Source of the DNA: Basidiobolus meristosporus CBS 931.73
Taxonomy: Eukaryota > Fungi > Basidiobolomycota
NCBI GenBank assembly: GCA_002104905.1
Contig: MCFE01000002.1
Location: 248,001-312,000 of the forward strand
Length of the DNA: 64,000 nucleotides
Reading direction: 5' to 3'
Of the stretch, positions 39,993-52,934 are shown piece by piece (within the stretch, counting starts at the first letter, position 1; every line of letters begins with the position of its first letter). Made by a program: the position numbers and the translations under genes. The notes under the pieces were generated by a model. The model was not told where the DNA came from. It made no database searches and worked only from the letters and a program-made list of their open reading frames with translations.

Positions 39993-40919
39993 ATGAAATC
40001 TTCCTTCTCCCTCACAGTGGCTACTGCCTTGACCCTTCTTTCCAAGGCTCATGTGAGGTCAGCCCCCATCGAAGAATCTATTCATGAAAGATCTCTATTA
40101 GGCGGCGAGAATCCAAACAACATCGCCAACATCTTGAATCTATCGGGCTCCCAGGGAAAAGGGAAGAATCTACTGGGAAATGGGATCCTCGGTAACGGAA
40201 ACGACCCATCAGCTGATCAACTCAAAGGAAGTGAACGCACTCCACTTAAAGGAAAAGGCGGTAAACTCGACCTATTGGGACAGGTCCAGCAACTACTAAA
40301 TCAACCCAAAGGGAAGGCACTTCTGAAACGTGGCTTAGACAAGGGGCTCCTCTCCAAAGATGTGCTTAACCAACTTTTATCGAAGCCCAAAGTAAGCTCC
40401 GATGAAAACGAGACCCCAAACTCACGGGTACTGTCCACACCCTTGAGTGGTGCATCAAAGGGAGCTAATCCTTTATCCAACATATTAAACTTGGGATCTG
40501 GCGACAAAGGTGCCAATACTGGCAAGCCATTAAGTGGCTTGAATCTGCTCAAGCGCGACTTGCCGATAGATATTTTGAGCGGGTTGACAGGGGGCAAGTC
40601 TGCGTCCGGGAAATCTATTTTATCCGCTCCGGAGACTATAAATAGGGATGAGAGGGTACGAGAGCAAGAGGAAATCACAAGAATATTAGATGATAAAAAA
40701 GAGAAAGAGAAAGCAATCATTCAAGGCGCCACTAATTCAGACGCGCCCAGAGAAGCTGGCCTTTTACGTATCGTGAAGATATCAAGGGAGAAAGTAAATA
40801 GTGAGCCTGTCATATCTAGAATTCAAACTACCAAAGTCAAAGAAGAGAAGCAAGGCAATCTTGGCTTGGGAAAGATAGAAATCTTGAAACTGGGAACCAG
40901 CGGAAAGTCAATGATATGA
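39993..40919 (+). CDS. Secreted low-complexity Leu/Gly/Lys/Asn-rich protein with dibasic (Kex2-like) sites
   Basis: Signal-like MKSSFSLTVATALTLLSKAHVRS-AP; internal HERS, LLKR-GL and LLKR-DL; near-duplicate NPNNIANILNLSG / NPLSNILNLGSG. Confidence 0.7.
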   Translation: MKSSFSLTVATALTLLSKAHVRSAPIEESIHERSLLGGENPNNIANILNLSGSQGKGKNLLGNGILGNGNDPSADQLKGSERTPLKGKGGKLDLLGQVQQLLNQPKGKALLKRGLDKGLLSKDVLNQLLSKPKVSSDENETPNSRVLSTPLSGASKGANPLSNILNLGSGDKGANTGKPLSGLNLLKRDLPIDILSGLTGGKSASGKSILSAPETINRDERVREQEEITRILDDKKEKEKAIIQGATNSDAPREAGLLRIVKISREKVNSEPVISRIQTTKVKEEKQGNLGLGKIEILKLGTSGKSMI

Positions 40920-41177
40920 AGTGAATTTATGACTACTCCTCACATTTGATCTATTTATTTTATTCCGAGATATCAATAGGATTGTTTATCTCTAGAACCG
41001 CGATATTTAAGTAAACCATCCATTACCAATAGCAGTCCCCATATCTCTCTTCCATGGAAGTAATAAATTTAATCATTTACAACGTTTTCTTTTTTTCCTG
41101 CTTTTTTTCAAGATTAAAATCCGTAGGTCAGATTCAATTTAACGAGAGGCTTGGACCACCCACAACACAACACTCTC

Positions 41178-42778
41178 ATGCTTGTTTGCTCTTGCGGTTC
41201 AACTGATATCATCGAGGATGCTCAGCTAGGCGCGAACATTTGCGCTTCTTGTGGATTAGTACTAGACGAAAATACCATCACCACAAATGACGGCGGGGAA
41301 TTTGATGGGCAAACACATGTCAACAATAAAGGTGTTCCATACAGCAGTGCCGCTACCGGGAGCTGGGTCCAACTACAACTGAGAGAGAAAAACCAATATC
41401 GTTTAGTAAGCAAAAATTTTCCCGAACACCACTGACTTTTAAGTCAGCAGATACGTTGGATCCCCTTGACTAACACTCGACTCTTAGTACCTTGTACATT
41501 TATTTATAGACAAACTCACCTCCATGTTGCATCTTAATTCATACTCTGAGAGAACAAAGCATTTATACGCATCTTACATTCAACAAGCGAAAGGTCCCCG
41601 ATACGGGCGCAAAGGAGAGCTCATAGGTGCGGCTTGCCTGTATATTGCCATACGTGAAGAGGAAAAAGGCCTTGGCTTGGATAAAGTAGCGGTATGTACT
41701 ACGGACTCTGATTTTTATTGTACGTCAGCCACTTATAAACTACTCTTGTAGAGCGCGGCGCAATGTAACGCTTTTCTTCTTGGGCGGATTTACTGCCAGG
41801 TCAAGACGCAGCTAAACATCGTCACCCCCGAAATCGATCCTTGTCTGTTTGTAGAGGCCGTACTAAGCCAGGTGTATCATCAAGTCAACGAATCATACAG
41901 GCGCTATAAGTTCCAAGAACTTTCTCTTCATAAGGTGCTGGAGTTGTGTGGAAATGCGCTGAACATACTTAAGGAGGCTGGGGTAGCAATTGGACGTCGG
42001 CCAAAGATGGTTGCATGTGCCAGCATACTCTTGGTGATCGAAGGGCTGGAGCAGGAGAATCTCGCCAAGAGCTTCCTGGATATTATTGTGATAGCATCTG
42101 GGTGCCCCGTGCAGGCAATCAAGCAGCGATACAAAGAAGGGATGGAGGTAATGATCAAGTACGCGAACCGTCTCCCTTGGGGCGGTGACATTACAAAGAA
42201 GAATATTTACCAACATCTGTTGGATGTAATCAATTACTTTGAGGTCATCAGCTCACAAAGCCCACTGCCCTCACCACAGCCTAGCGAGAGCACGGAAGAC
42301 ACCACAGAAAAGCGCAAACTTGACCAATTCATCGGCATTCCCTCGTATCAGCGCAGCCTTACCAAGAAGCAAAAGCGCCTACCGAAGATCACGTCTGCAG
42401 AGAACAGAATCAAAGATATCCTGTTTCCCACTCAACACAAGGACCCTGAGGACTCCGCTGCGTCCTACGATGAAGATAGCTTATTGATACAAAGGCTACT
42501 ACTTCATAAGATTCCTAAGGATCGGTTAACCTCAGATAGCTTGAAGAATCTGCGCTCACTAGCTCAGGGAATCGTGAACGATATACAGAAAGATCCAGAG
42601 TCTGATGAGCTCTTGAGCTCTTCTGAGCAGCTCGGATACTTCAGAACCGAACATGAGGTAATTTGACCCTACTATTAGCGTTTCCACGTGACTAAACTAA
42701 CACCTTCCAACTTAGATTCGTATGGTTTTGAAGGCTCAGCCCGACTGGTGTGCTTATGATTCAGCGCCTTCATTGTAA
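41178..42778 (+). CDS. TFIIB-related factor, BRF2-like, multi-exon
   Basis: Zn ribbon CSCGSTDIIEDAQLGANICASCG; cyclin-fold motifs ELIGAACLYIAIR and GRRPKMVACASILL. Final intron 42658-42715 gives the tail SSSEQLGYFRTEHEIRMVLKAQ...; no long BRF1-type C-terminal half. Confidence 0.75.
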
Positions 42779-42868
42779 AACCTCACCTCTACATTGTACA
42801 TTAAACGAATAATCCCGAAATAAATGAATTTAACAAACGCTATTTATTGTACAATGAAAATGTTCAGT

Positions 42869-43878
42869 TTAGAGTGCTGTTCCTCTTTCAAAATTATCTC
42901 TAATCTCTTTGGTGTATTTGTCGTATGCACGAGAAATCTTGCGATTGAAATGCATGTTACGTTCGTTGATATACGTAACATCATCCTCCTCGTTGAATGC
43001 GCGACGACGTGACACTTTGGCACGTTTGTCAATTTGCTTTTGTACATCAGACACCAGTCGATCTACCGACTCTTGGTCAGGCTTGTTCTCGACAAAGCTT
43101 AATGAATTGGCGTCCTGGTAGAACTCTTCCGCATCCCCACTAGTGCTGGCCATTAACTTCTGCTCATTATATGCATTCAAATCAGGCTTCAGTTCATTGA
43201 TAAGCTTCTTGTACTTCTTATGTGCGACCTGATTATAATCTGGAGAAGGGTGAGCACGCCGCTGCAAAATACTCGGTTTTTAGAGCACACACTACCTGTG
43301 AATGCTGTGTCAGCCCTCTTAGCCTTCTTCTCTTGTTTCTTCTCCCAGTTCTCCACGCGTTCAACTGAATAGTCCCAGAATCTCTTTCTCTCGTAATCTT
43401 CTCCATTCTCTGTCGCTTCCTACATTTCGTATTATTTAGAAAGTTATAGCCGAGCGATCATCATAGTGTGCGCACCTTGCGGGCCAGTAATCTTTCTGCC
43501 TCGGCCTTCTTTCTCTCGTTACGAGCCTCCTCCTTTGGATTAGTTTTGTTTCTTTGGTGCTCCGCATATAGATCCTGCCTGTTTGCTTTTGTAGAGTCAG
43601 ACTTTGAAGATAAACGAGGTGAGTCAAAAGTTTAACGAGCGCGAAATACAACACATATTTACCAGGCGTTGTCTTAAAGCTTTGAGCTTTTCATATTTCA
43701 AGCGTAAGCTCTCTGGAGCTTTCTCAAGATCAATCTCCTCGCTGTCACTTTCGCTTTCGTAGGCTACGCCCTCTACGACTCTTCTCTTTTCCTTTACGGA
43801 ATTCTCGACCTCCTTTTGTGTGTCCTCATTTACTTGCGAATCGACTGTCTTCTCAGGGATTTCTTGATCCGAAGGCAT
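42869..43878 (-). CDS. SYF2: Pre-mRNA splicing factor SYF2, multi-exon
   Basis: KFWDYSIERVENWEKKQ; DYNQVAHKKYKKLINELKPDLNAY; RRRAFNEEDDVTYINERNMHFNRKISRAYDKYTKEIRDNFERGTAL. Confidence 0.93.
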
Positions 43879-44527
43879 CGCTCTTTGAATTCGGGGGGGG
43901 AGGATAAATCGGTAGGACTGAAGAACTGAGGGTGGAAGTAAATTAGAAATAAAAGGAAGCGATCCTCGTGAAGGGGATTTTTTCAAATTGTCTAAACATA
44001 ATCAGAAAACTAATCGGAAAACTCCAAAGGTGACTAAAACCATCATATGGCAATCATCATGCTTACCAGCTACAAGGGTTAGGCTGGCACGTTCACGATG
44101 GTTCCATTCATGGCGACCAAGTTTCTAATTGGTTTGAATATTGGAGTGTGCAATGCTATAGATTCTTCAATATCAAATTCCGGAATCGAGAAAGATAAAC
44201 ACATTATCCAACAGTAGAATTACAACGCTAAATTCAGCTCGCGTTTTGATTCGTCGAATTTATCACGATTCCTAGATTTACACAAATCATGTTAGGTTTC
44301 GTAGCATTTATTTAGATCCATTTAGAACTCCCTCTTTGGAAATCAATCACTGTATCTGTGGTAGTGCTTTTAAATATTCCTGGCTGGCTTCTTTCCTTTA
44401 CAAACCTAAAGTGTTGACGGCTCTTTCCTTGTGAGCAAGATATATTTTCTTTGCAGTGCCCTCTTCTCAGCCTTTGGTTCAGTTTTCTTATTAGCCTCCG
44501 TTCAACGGCACTAGTTTTCTCCTAATT

Positions 44528-46229
44528 ATGTCGTGTATGTATTTTACTAGATATATCGCTCTCATACCGAAGATTTCTTTTCTATTAAGACTCACCTCGC
44601 TTGTTTTTGAAATATAGTCAGATTTTTACATTTGATTCGGCCTTTTATGGCTGTACTGCCAGAAATTGCTGCTCCAGACAGAAAGGTAAGTTCATGCGTC
44701 AAGGGTTTTTATCGTTCTGCGTTCAATACTCATCGGTTCTTCTAGATCCCTTTTAGACAAAAGATCTTGTGGACTGCCATCACACTCTTTATTTTCTTGG
44801 TGTGCTCACAGATTCCTCTCTATGGTATCGTGTCCGCAGATACCTCTGATCCTCTTTATTGGATGCGTGTCATCTTGGCTTCCAACAGAGGTACTCTTAT
44901 GGAACATGGTATCACTCCTATCATCACTTCCGGCATGATTATGCAACTGTTGGCTGGTGCGAATATTATTGAAGTTGACTACTCCTTGAAGGAGGATAGA
45001 GTATTGTTCAATGGAGCCCAAAAATGTAAGCGTGGCCTTCCACTTTAACGAAGTGATATTTCATTACTAACCAACCGGACATGATTAGTATTCGCTATCT
45101 TGATTACATTTGGCCAAGCTACTGTTTCTGTTCTTACTGGTATCTATGGTACCCCCAAAGATCTTGGGGCTGGTATTTGCCTTCTTCTCATCATCCAGCT
45201 TTTCACCGCCGGTATGATCGTTATTCTTCTTGATGAGTTGCTCCAAAAGGGCTATGGCCTCGGCTCTGGTATCAATCTGTTCATTGCAACCAACATCTGT
45301 GAGAACATCATCTGGAAGGCTTTGGCTCCCACTACTGTCAACACAGGACGTGGTCCCGAGTTTGAAGGTGCTATTATTGCCACTTTCCATTTGCTCTTCA
45401 CCCGCGAGAACAAAGTCCGCGCCTTGTCTGAAGCTCTTTACCGTAGCAACCTTCCCAACCTCATGAATCTGTTTGCTACTATCGCCGTTTTCGGTGCCGT
45501 CATTTACCTGCAAGGGTTCAGAGTGGAGCTTCCTATCAAGAACAGCCGTGTTCGTGGATTCCGTGGTAGCTTCCCTATCAAGCTCTTCTACACCTCCAAC
45601 ATGCCCATTATGCTGCAATCTGCCTTGACCTCCAACGTCTTCATGATTTCCCAAATGCTCCACAACCGTTTCCCTGACAACATTCTCGTCCGCATTCTTG
45701 GTGTGTGGGAGCCATATGAGGGCACTTCTCAATTCTTTGCTACCAGTGGTTTGGCCTATTATCTTACCCCACCACACAACTTCACTGATGCCATGAAGGA
45801 CCCAATCCACTTTGTATTGTATCTTGTATTCATGCTTGCTGCCTGCGCTATGTTCTCTAGAACTTGGATCGAGGTTTCCGGATCTTCACCCAAGGATGTT
45901 GCCAAGCAGCTCAAGGACCAGAATGTCACATTGGCTGGTTATCGTGACCAATCCATGTATAAGGTTTTGAAGAAGACCATTCCTCTTGCCGCTACCTTGG
46001 GAGGTATCCTTATTGGTGCACTTTCCGTAGCCGCTGATTTGATGGGTAAGTTGTCAGTTGCCGAGTGCGGAGTTGGGTGGAAGGTCTGACTAACACGCTC
46101 TTGCGATATATAGGTGCTATTGGTTCCGGTACTGGTATTCTTTTGGCTGTGACAATTATCTACAGCTATTTCGAAATGTTCGTCAAGGAGCAGCAAGAGG
46201 CTGGAAGCTTGGACGCTTTGCTTTACTAA
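44528..46229 (+). CDS. SEC61: Protein translocon subunit Sec61 alpha, multi-exon
   Basis: MS|[23 protein letters not shown]; [26 protein letters not shown]; [18 protein letters not shown]; [12 protein letters not shown]; [13 protein letters not shown]; TAA at 46227-46229. Confidence 0.97.
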
Positions 46230-46825
46230 GCAAGGGGGTGGAAGCCAAACTAACAAGATATTCATTAATAGTATACATAGTACTTTTTAAATGATGAAAG
46301 CCCATATTCTTCCAATACAGTTCACCACCCAACCCTATTAGAGCATAACCCACTTTTCCGAGGGATCCCAGGCAACCAAGGATGCCCCGTAAAAGTGATC
46401 CAAGAAAGTGTATCCCAGCTACGATTCGTATTGATTTCACGGTTGTACTTGGGACTCTTTCTAGATTGTGTTGTGCTCATTTTCTCTTCGACCTACGCTG
46501 TTCACATAGCCATTCTAACTCCCTCAATCAATAAATACTTGCTATGTTTGTACTAAAACTCCAATCTATCCTATCCTGCCTGAGGATTGACGTGCACGTT
46601 GTAATGCTCGATAAATGCTGGGGTAAATGCCAGTTCGTCGAGAAATCATCGGATTCTTAATTTGGTAAGAAACCTCTGACCGAGCCCAAGTAAAGGAAAA
46701 TTTTTGGGATTTGTGAGGGGAAAATTTCCACCGGCGAGAGCAGTATATTTGTAGTAGTCAACGACGCACTTTTATCGTGTTTAAAAGATATCGACCAGCA
46801 GCTTCCACTTGGTAACGCTCGAAGT

Positions 46826-47966
46826 ATGTCTTTCGTAAAAAGCTTCAGTACCGTTGGTATCCGTGCCCAGAGCATGAACACCTCCCCGCTCGCCATGCTG
46901 ACGGGATACCAAACCTTCAAAAACGTCGCTTCCCGCACATTGGTCCCCGCACAATCGCTATTGGTTAGACACTACTCGTCACCACAGGATAGATTCAACA
47001 TGAGGGTAATTATTCGCGACTATGGAGTATTGGGTAAGTTCCTTCCCTGGGTGCGAGCCAAATGCATTTGGTGCTTTGCTGACTCTGGTTTGCCGTGCAG
47101 ACGACTTCGTCCCTCTCAAGCGTCAGGATCGCCCTTCGCTTCTCAGCAAGAAGGGCTGGAAAGTGTCCATGGCCCACTGGAAAAACACAGTTCTGTCAAC
47201 CCTCGGGTATCTCAATCCATTCCATTAGCATATATCCATTCGAGCATCCTTGTGATACTGATAGATGTGGATACCATGGGAAGAAACATATTAATCCCCC
47301 TTTCCCCGTAGTGTTGGCATGGTCAAGTTCCACGTGAAAGGATTCAAGCCCAAGCAATTCGTCCAGGATGCCGAGGAGCTATACAACGAAATGAACACTG
47401 CCTTTGCTAGGTAATGCTTGTCTAAGATATTGGATGGATTTGTCGCATGTGCCGCCGATCAACGGCTAACATTCTCCCGGGTTTACAGTGGAAATTTGGA
47501 TGTATTGAAGGAAGTCTGCACAGAAACCATGTTCGCAGTAAGTAATTCGCAGTCCAAGGCGAGTGGAGGGCATGGACTCATCTATTTGCACCTAGAAACT
47601 CAAGGCCCAGATGAAGGGAAGATCCGGCACCTACAAATGGTTTACCAAAGGGGAGGTGGAGAAGCCACGCTTGGTGACCCTCCGTTTCGGACGTCTTGCA
47701 GATAAAATGATTCTCGCCCAGGCTACCGTCCGAATTCATTCCAAACAAGTAAGTTCACGGCACATGTTGATGCGGAAGGCATCCTACTGATCGCAATCCT
47801 TGTTCATTCACAGGGCATGGTGGTGCAAAACAAGAAGGGCCAAATCATCGGTGGCGACCGTAAGAAAACCCAGGATATCCTGGAGTACATCGTCCTGCAA
47901 CGTATGATCTCACAGCCAGGCACCAAGTGGCAAATCTACTGCAAGGTTCACGAAAAGCCCATGTAA
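46826..47966 (+). CDS. Tim44-like domain protein (MRPL45/Mba1-like), mitochondrial, multi-exon
   Basis: Presequence; FVQDAEELYNEMNTAFA; GNLDVLKEVCTE; AQATVRIHSKQ; IIGGDRKKTQDILEYIVLQRMISQPGTKWQIYCK. Confidence 0.85.
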
Positions 47967-48311
47967 TAGCGCAGAACCTGTCATCCTCCACAGCAATCAT
48001 GCTCATTCCATCCACCATTCTCATCAGCTAGTGAAATAAACTTCCTTGACACTGTATACTCGAGAAATCTCTGTATTTTCTATCAAATCACCGTCCCGGA
48101 TTAATTTAGCCCAATGTCGGTTATTCATGGGGTTGGGGCAGTCAGAAAAAATTCCGCACCGATCGGTGATTTGGAAAAACTTTGAACTTGAAAGATCAAG
48201 TGTACTGGTGTTCTCCTTGTTAGGTGATAGACAACCTCTAGGTAATACTTCTTCACCAGGGCTCACCTCTTCAGTTTCCTTCTAACCTGTGTCGTCAAGA
48301 TCTATAGAATT

Positions 48312-48656
48312 ATGGCTACCAGAACCGGCTTGTTAACTTTGTTCCGTTCGAACGCACTTCGCTTCACCCCAGCCCTCACTCAGCCATTGAACATCGGGGT
48401 TAGAGCCATTGGGGTCGGGGCACAAACTATCGGCGAATTGATCGGCTCTATTCTGTGGGCTGTGCCCAAAAAGAAGACCTCCCACTCCAAGAAGCGCATG
48501 CGTGCCTCCAACAAGGCTCTCAAGAACATGACCAACATCATGCGCTGTCATTCCTGTGGACGTCCCAAACTTATGCATCACATCTGCAAATACTGCTACA
48601 AGGATATTCGTAAGAAGTTGTTGGGTATCTCCGATGACGGACCCACTCTAGCTTAA
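48312..48656 (+). CDS. MRPL32: Mitochondrial ribosomal protein bL32m
   Basis: WAVPKKKTSHSKKRMR followed by CHSCGRPKLMHHICKYC zinc motif, after a presequence. Confidence 0.93.
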   Translation: MATRTGLLTLFRSNALRFTPALTQPLNIGVRAIGVGAQTIGELIGSILWAVPKKKTSHSKKRMRASNKALKNMTNIMRCHSCGRPKLMHHICKYCYKDIRKKLLGISDDGPTLA

Positions 48657-48976
48657 CCCCGTCACCTTGCACGTTTCATTGTTCGTCCCTACTTGCACCA
48701 ATTTTATTCACTTTAACTTGAAAAATTATAAAGATTCATTAGCATGCAGTTGACTTTTCTATGCAGACTGATAAGTTGAGGTCGTTGGTTTGGGTGAGAG
48801 AAAGCGGTAAAAATAACGAGGCTTGTTGCGAGCAAGAATAGAAAGCAGCCTCGTAGCAAACAAAACTAGTTATGGTAGATCTACTGTACAGGGTGGCGGT
48901 CGAGTGGCTAGGTCAATGGAAGTGAGCTTACGGCGATGGTCCTCTATCTTGCGTATCCGAGCAAAGGCAAACAAGA

Positions 48977-50317
48977 CTAATATCCCGAGTTGAGGGATTT
49001 CACGTAGTTCACGAAGGACCGTTCTTGCTGTGTATAGTCTACGGAGGTTTCATTCTGGGTGTTCAACAAGGATGATATTCGCATCACCGAGAGGTCCTGT
49101 TGAGCCTCTAAGTTCTCCAGGCCTGCAGGGGAGGGATGTGCATGGAATTAAGGAGAATTGACATGGCGTTGGTAACGGTTAGCTCGACAAACAACAAAAG
49201 GATATCTGCTGATAGATGGTTTGCAATGTAGCTTTGGTATTCCTCTATTGAAAATCGGTTATTTGTTTGGTGGATGCGCAGTAAAGAATGAGTGCTGAAG
49301 CTTACTTTGCTCTTCTAACGCGTCGAATTCTTTCTGAAGCAGGCGTTTCTTTCGCTGAATCATATCCATAAATGCTTGACGTAAAACCGCTCTTTCGGCC
49401 TGAAGAGAGGGATTAGAAGATGTCTCGGTTTGTCAGCGATCAAATGATGTCCGTGTACCACTAGGGTGTCCGTGGCTTGCTTCTTGGTGCCGTCAAATTG
49501 ATTTTGAATGTCGAAGCTGCGATACTGCTTTCGAATATCAGCCATCTTACGTCGCTTTCTCAGTCTTTCTTCGAGTTGGTCCTGTTGTTCACGATATTCG
49601 GGATGTACTCCGTCTAGAATCTCCTTTTTCTCGTTGTCCAGGTCCTCAATTTTCGATTCCATTAGTCTAGAACTTGGGTTAATATCCTGTGTTCAAAGCT
49701 TTGTGAGCGTGGTACCTACCTGGATTTTAGCGCCTCAAATTCTTCACTGAGCTCCACAAGTCGCTTCGTGCCATCTCGGTGCAAACGCTTCAGTGACTTG
49801 ACGTTCTCGTCGTCAGATGGGTCGCTGCCATCGGTAACGGATACCTTTTCTGCATCTAGACACAATATTACACGTGGGTTTCCATCAATGAGCCGTGCAG
49901 ATAACTTACCACTATCATCGGAGGAGGCGGAGCCGTTTAGACTGGCCTCAGATAGTTCACTGTCGGTCTCTTCGCTTATTTCCTTAAGTAAGTGTGGGTG
50001 TGAGGTGTGGCGCAACATATAATTTACGCGTATGCTACTGACTGATAATGAGTCTTTTGTTGATGGGCTAGGTGAGCCACCACGTGAAGAGCAAGGGGTC
50101 ATTTGAGAGTTCGACAACTCTGGGGTGTTTGGAACGCTACTATCGCCATTGACAGGATCATTCGGCTGAGGTTTGTTTCGTTGTTCCCAGAGTCTGACTT
50201 CTTGGAGGAATCATCGACTTCTCTATTTGTATTGTCACTTTTTTTCTCTTTCAGCTTCGTATCCAAATTATCCGGGCCTGCTTCTTTTGGGGTTGTGTGC
50301 TCCTCTTGTCCGGTCAT
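48977..50317 (-). CDS. Sds3-like (Sin3/Rpd3L; Dep1/Sds3/BRMS1 family) protein, multi-exon; start uncertain
   Basis: RLVELSEEFEALKSR|...KIEDLDNEKKEILDGVHPEYREQQDQLEERLRKR coiled coil typical of Sds3-like proteins; last exon GLENLEAQQDLSVMR...SGY-TAG. Confidence 0.75.
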
Positions 50318-51018
50318 GTCTAGTTCTACAGCGCTTCGCGATTTGTCGTCGAGTATAGTGTAGGTGGAGATGGTTGGTAGTGGTCGAAGAGTCACCAGAA
50401 GATTGCCAACTATTGCGATTCAATACTGGACCAAGAGACCAAGGGACTTCGTTGCGTTTCTAAACTGAAGTCGCACCTAACGTAAACCAGAACACCTTTA
50501 AAGCTCGCTGCCATTTGAAAAATCACTCAATCAAGGGTCCCACTGATCTCGGTAATTTATCTCATCATCGTGATATTTTAAAACAAGGATATGTGTGGTA
50601 AATTGGATGCACTGAAGTTACAAAGGCTACGGTGGGGAGTTATACATTAATCGCAACAGCACTTCACGGCATGCCAGTGTGTACATGCAATTTGCTCCTT
50701 TCAACCCAGCGCACATTCGTCCACTCCAATGCCTGATAATTGTGATTAGAACAATAATTTATCGCGAAGACACCGGCAAAGACCCGAACTATCCCCAGCA
50801 AGGATAGGCGTGTTGCAGGTATTTGAAACTTAATCCCTGTAGAGGTTATGAAGGGTGATGTAGCTGTGTCTCCAATATTTCAAAAACACAGGTAAAAAAA
50901 CCTTCAGGTACTGAGGCATAGAGTTAGTCCGGGTCAATGCGGGTGTGCCTGTGTGGATCTTACTTCAGCTGTAGACATCTCTTGTGGAGGAAAATGCCCA
51001 AGCCTAGATTTATTGCAA

Positions 51019-51339
51019 CTAGAAGCTTGAAATCAACCAGGCAGCCAGCTCCAAGTACATAATTTTCCAGACAAAAGGATTATGAATGGTCCAGTCCTGC
51101 GCCGCGCAAATCAAGAAGGCAGGTGTAGCCAGGCGCAATACACATTGCCAAAAATTCACCAGCTTGTGTGTCAAGGCATACCTATGCTGATAAAACTCAT
51201 TTTCGCCCATGAGATCAAATAGTAATCCATTGAAAAGCGGGATGCTATCTACTGCAACATTCTGGAACCAAAGAAGTTGTACCTTATTTATTAAAGTATA
51301 GCTCAGCAAGCTGCGCACCTTGATTGGTCTATTGCACAA
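51019..51339 (-). CDS. Hypothetical ORF
   Basis: 106-codon ORF with a non-ATG start; no family recognised. Confidence 0.2.
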   Translation of the reverse strand: MCNRPIKVRSLLSYTLINKVQLLWFQNVAVDSIPLFNGLLFDLMGENEFYQHRYALTHKLVNFWQCVLRLATPAFLICAAQDWTIHNPFVWKIMYLELAAWLISSF

Positions 51340-51500
51340 ACCTTATAATCGACTGAATCGGACTCTGTAGATTGAAATATACTCTTGTCTCAGTTAGTTG
51401 TTACGTTGCCTAGCTGGTTGATCTGGAAAATATCATGCAAGTCATCCTACATTAAAACTGCGCAAATTATTCTTAAAATTGTTAAGAAATACGCTGACCA

Positions 51501-52091
51501 ATGATTCCAAGTAATACAGGCAGAGAAGCTATGATGATATCATACGTCCATCACTATGGCATTAAACAAGCAGTGGAAGCCTGGTCAAGAGCAAACATGG
51601 AACATCGCAAAGACAATTACGGCAACGTTGAAGCCGGATACAAGGCCAAAGTTTTACTACTTGTGAAACGCCTAGTCATATGCCAGCATATTTGTGGTTT
51701 GTTGTATTCGAAATTCAATTACTTGTACTTTATAGATTTACCAGATAGATGATGTAAATCGTACGTTAACACTTGGAACGGCGCATTGCTTATGACAGAT
51801 CATTCAGTTATAGAGCGCCTATAAAAAGTAAGCATATGCCATTGTTCCATTATCAAAATGACCTTCGAGGAGCAAGTCAGAAACGATTTAGAAAACATGA
51901 GCGAAGATTTTACTGGGATCTATGAGGTCAACGGCATCAAGAAGAAGTATGAATTCCAGCATACAGGCAAAAGTGGTGAAGGCGTGATATCAATGGATCA
52001 GATAAGGCGCGCAAAGAATAGTGGTTTTTTAGGACTTGCCGAGATAGAACACCAGACATGGCGTGTATACTACAAAGGACAAGTGGAGTAA
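51501..52091 (+). other. Two short ORFs (51501-51752, 51858-52091); possible orphan gene(s) or gene remnant
   Basis: Protein-like composition (YGIKQAVEAWSRANMEHRKDNYG; MTFEEQVRNDLENMSEDFTGIYEV); no family recognised. Confidence 0.3.
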
Positions 52092-52311
52092 TATAACTCT
52101 TGCTTCAACATGTATCTTCTGATTACTAAATTGTTGCTACAAAATTGCTATTACATTCAAGCCCCAACAGTGTAGGTTGATGTTGCTGCAGTAAAAAAGC
52201 CTATAGTAAAGTGCTGCAACTAGTGTAAATCCATCTTACTATAAGTTGCTTTAAATAAACTTGAGCTCTCTTGTGCTTGTATTACATTTATGTAGCACCC
52301 AATGTGCAAAA

Positions 52312-52744
52312 TGTTGTAAAATCTGTAATTACACCTAAATATTCACTTGGTCACTTAGATTGTAATCTACAAATCTTAGAGAGTTCTGGCCAAATTCCTA
52401 ATTGGGACTCATGTGTAATATTTTACCAAAACATCAGGTACTTAGAACATCAAATTCCTCAAAGTTGTCCAGACCATTGTAAAATTTGCAATTACACCTT
52501 CATCTCCACCCAACTTAGTCACTTAAATTATTATCTCTAAATCTTACAGAATTCTGACCAAATCCTTTGTTGGGATTTACTTGCAGTATACTCACCAAAA
52601 TATCAGGTACCCATAACATGAGATTTCTCAGAGGTATCCAAGCAGCCCTGAAACTTGCACACATGTTTTTTAAACCTTCCTAAACATATTCTATATGTTT
52701 GTTTTGCCAAGACTATGTAAAAGTATAAATACTACTTTTACATT
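52312..52744 (+). mobile_element. Two adjacent degenerate LTR fragments of the copia family (52312-~52475, ~52477-52744)
   Basis: Both begin (T)GTTGTAAAA/TTGTAAAA and share recognisable blocks with the 349-bp LTR (CACCTAAATATTCAC, GTCACTTAGAT, CAGGTAC, GTAAAAGTATAAATACTACTTTTACATT). Confidence 0.75.
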
Positions 52745-52934
52745 TGTTGTTTAAAAATTAGCCTATTTTATTCCATTAGAAAATCTAGCACCCTAACTGA
52801 TCTTCCCTAACACAAACATAGCTAATCTCTGTTATGGTAATTTTATCACTTCTCAGAATCTATTTTTAGCTGTCACACCTGATCAATTTTCATGTGGTTG
52901 TTACATCCTCAACTAATCTGCTAAGCCTTTCTAA

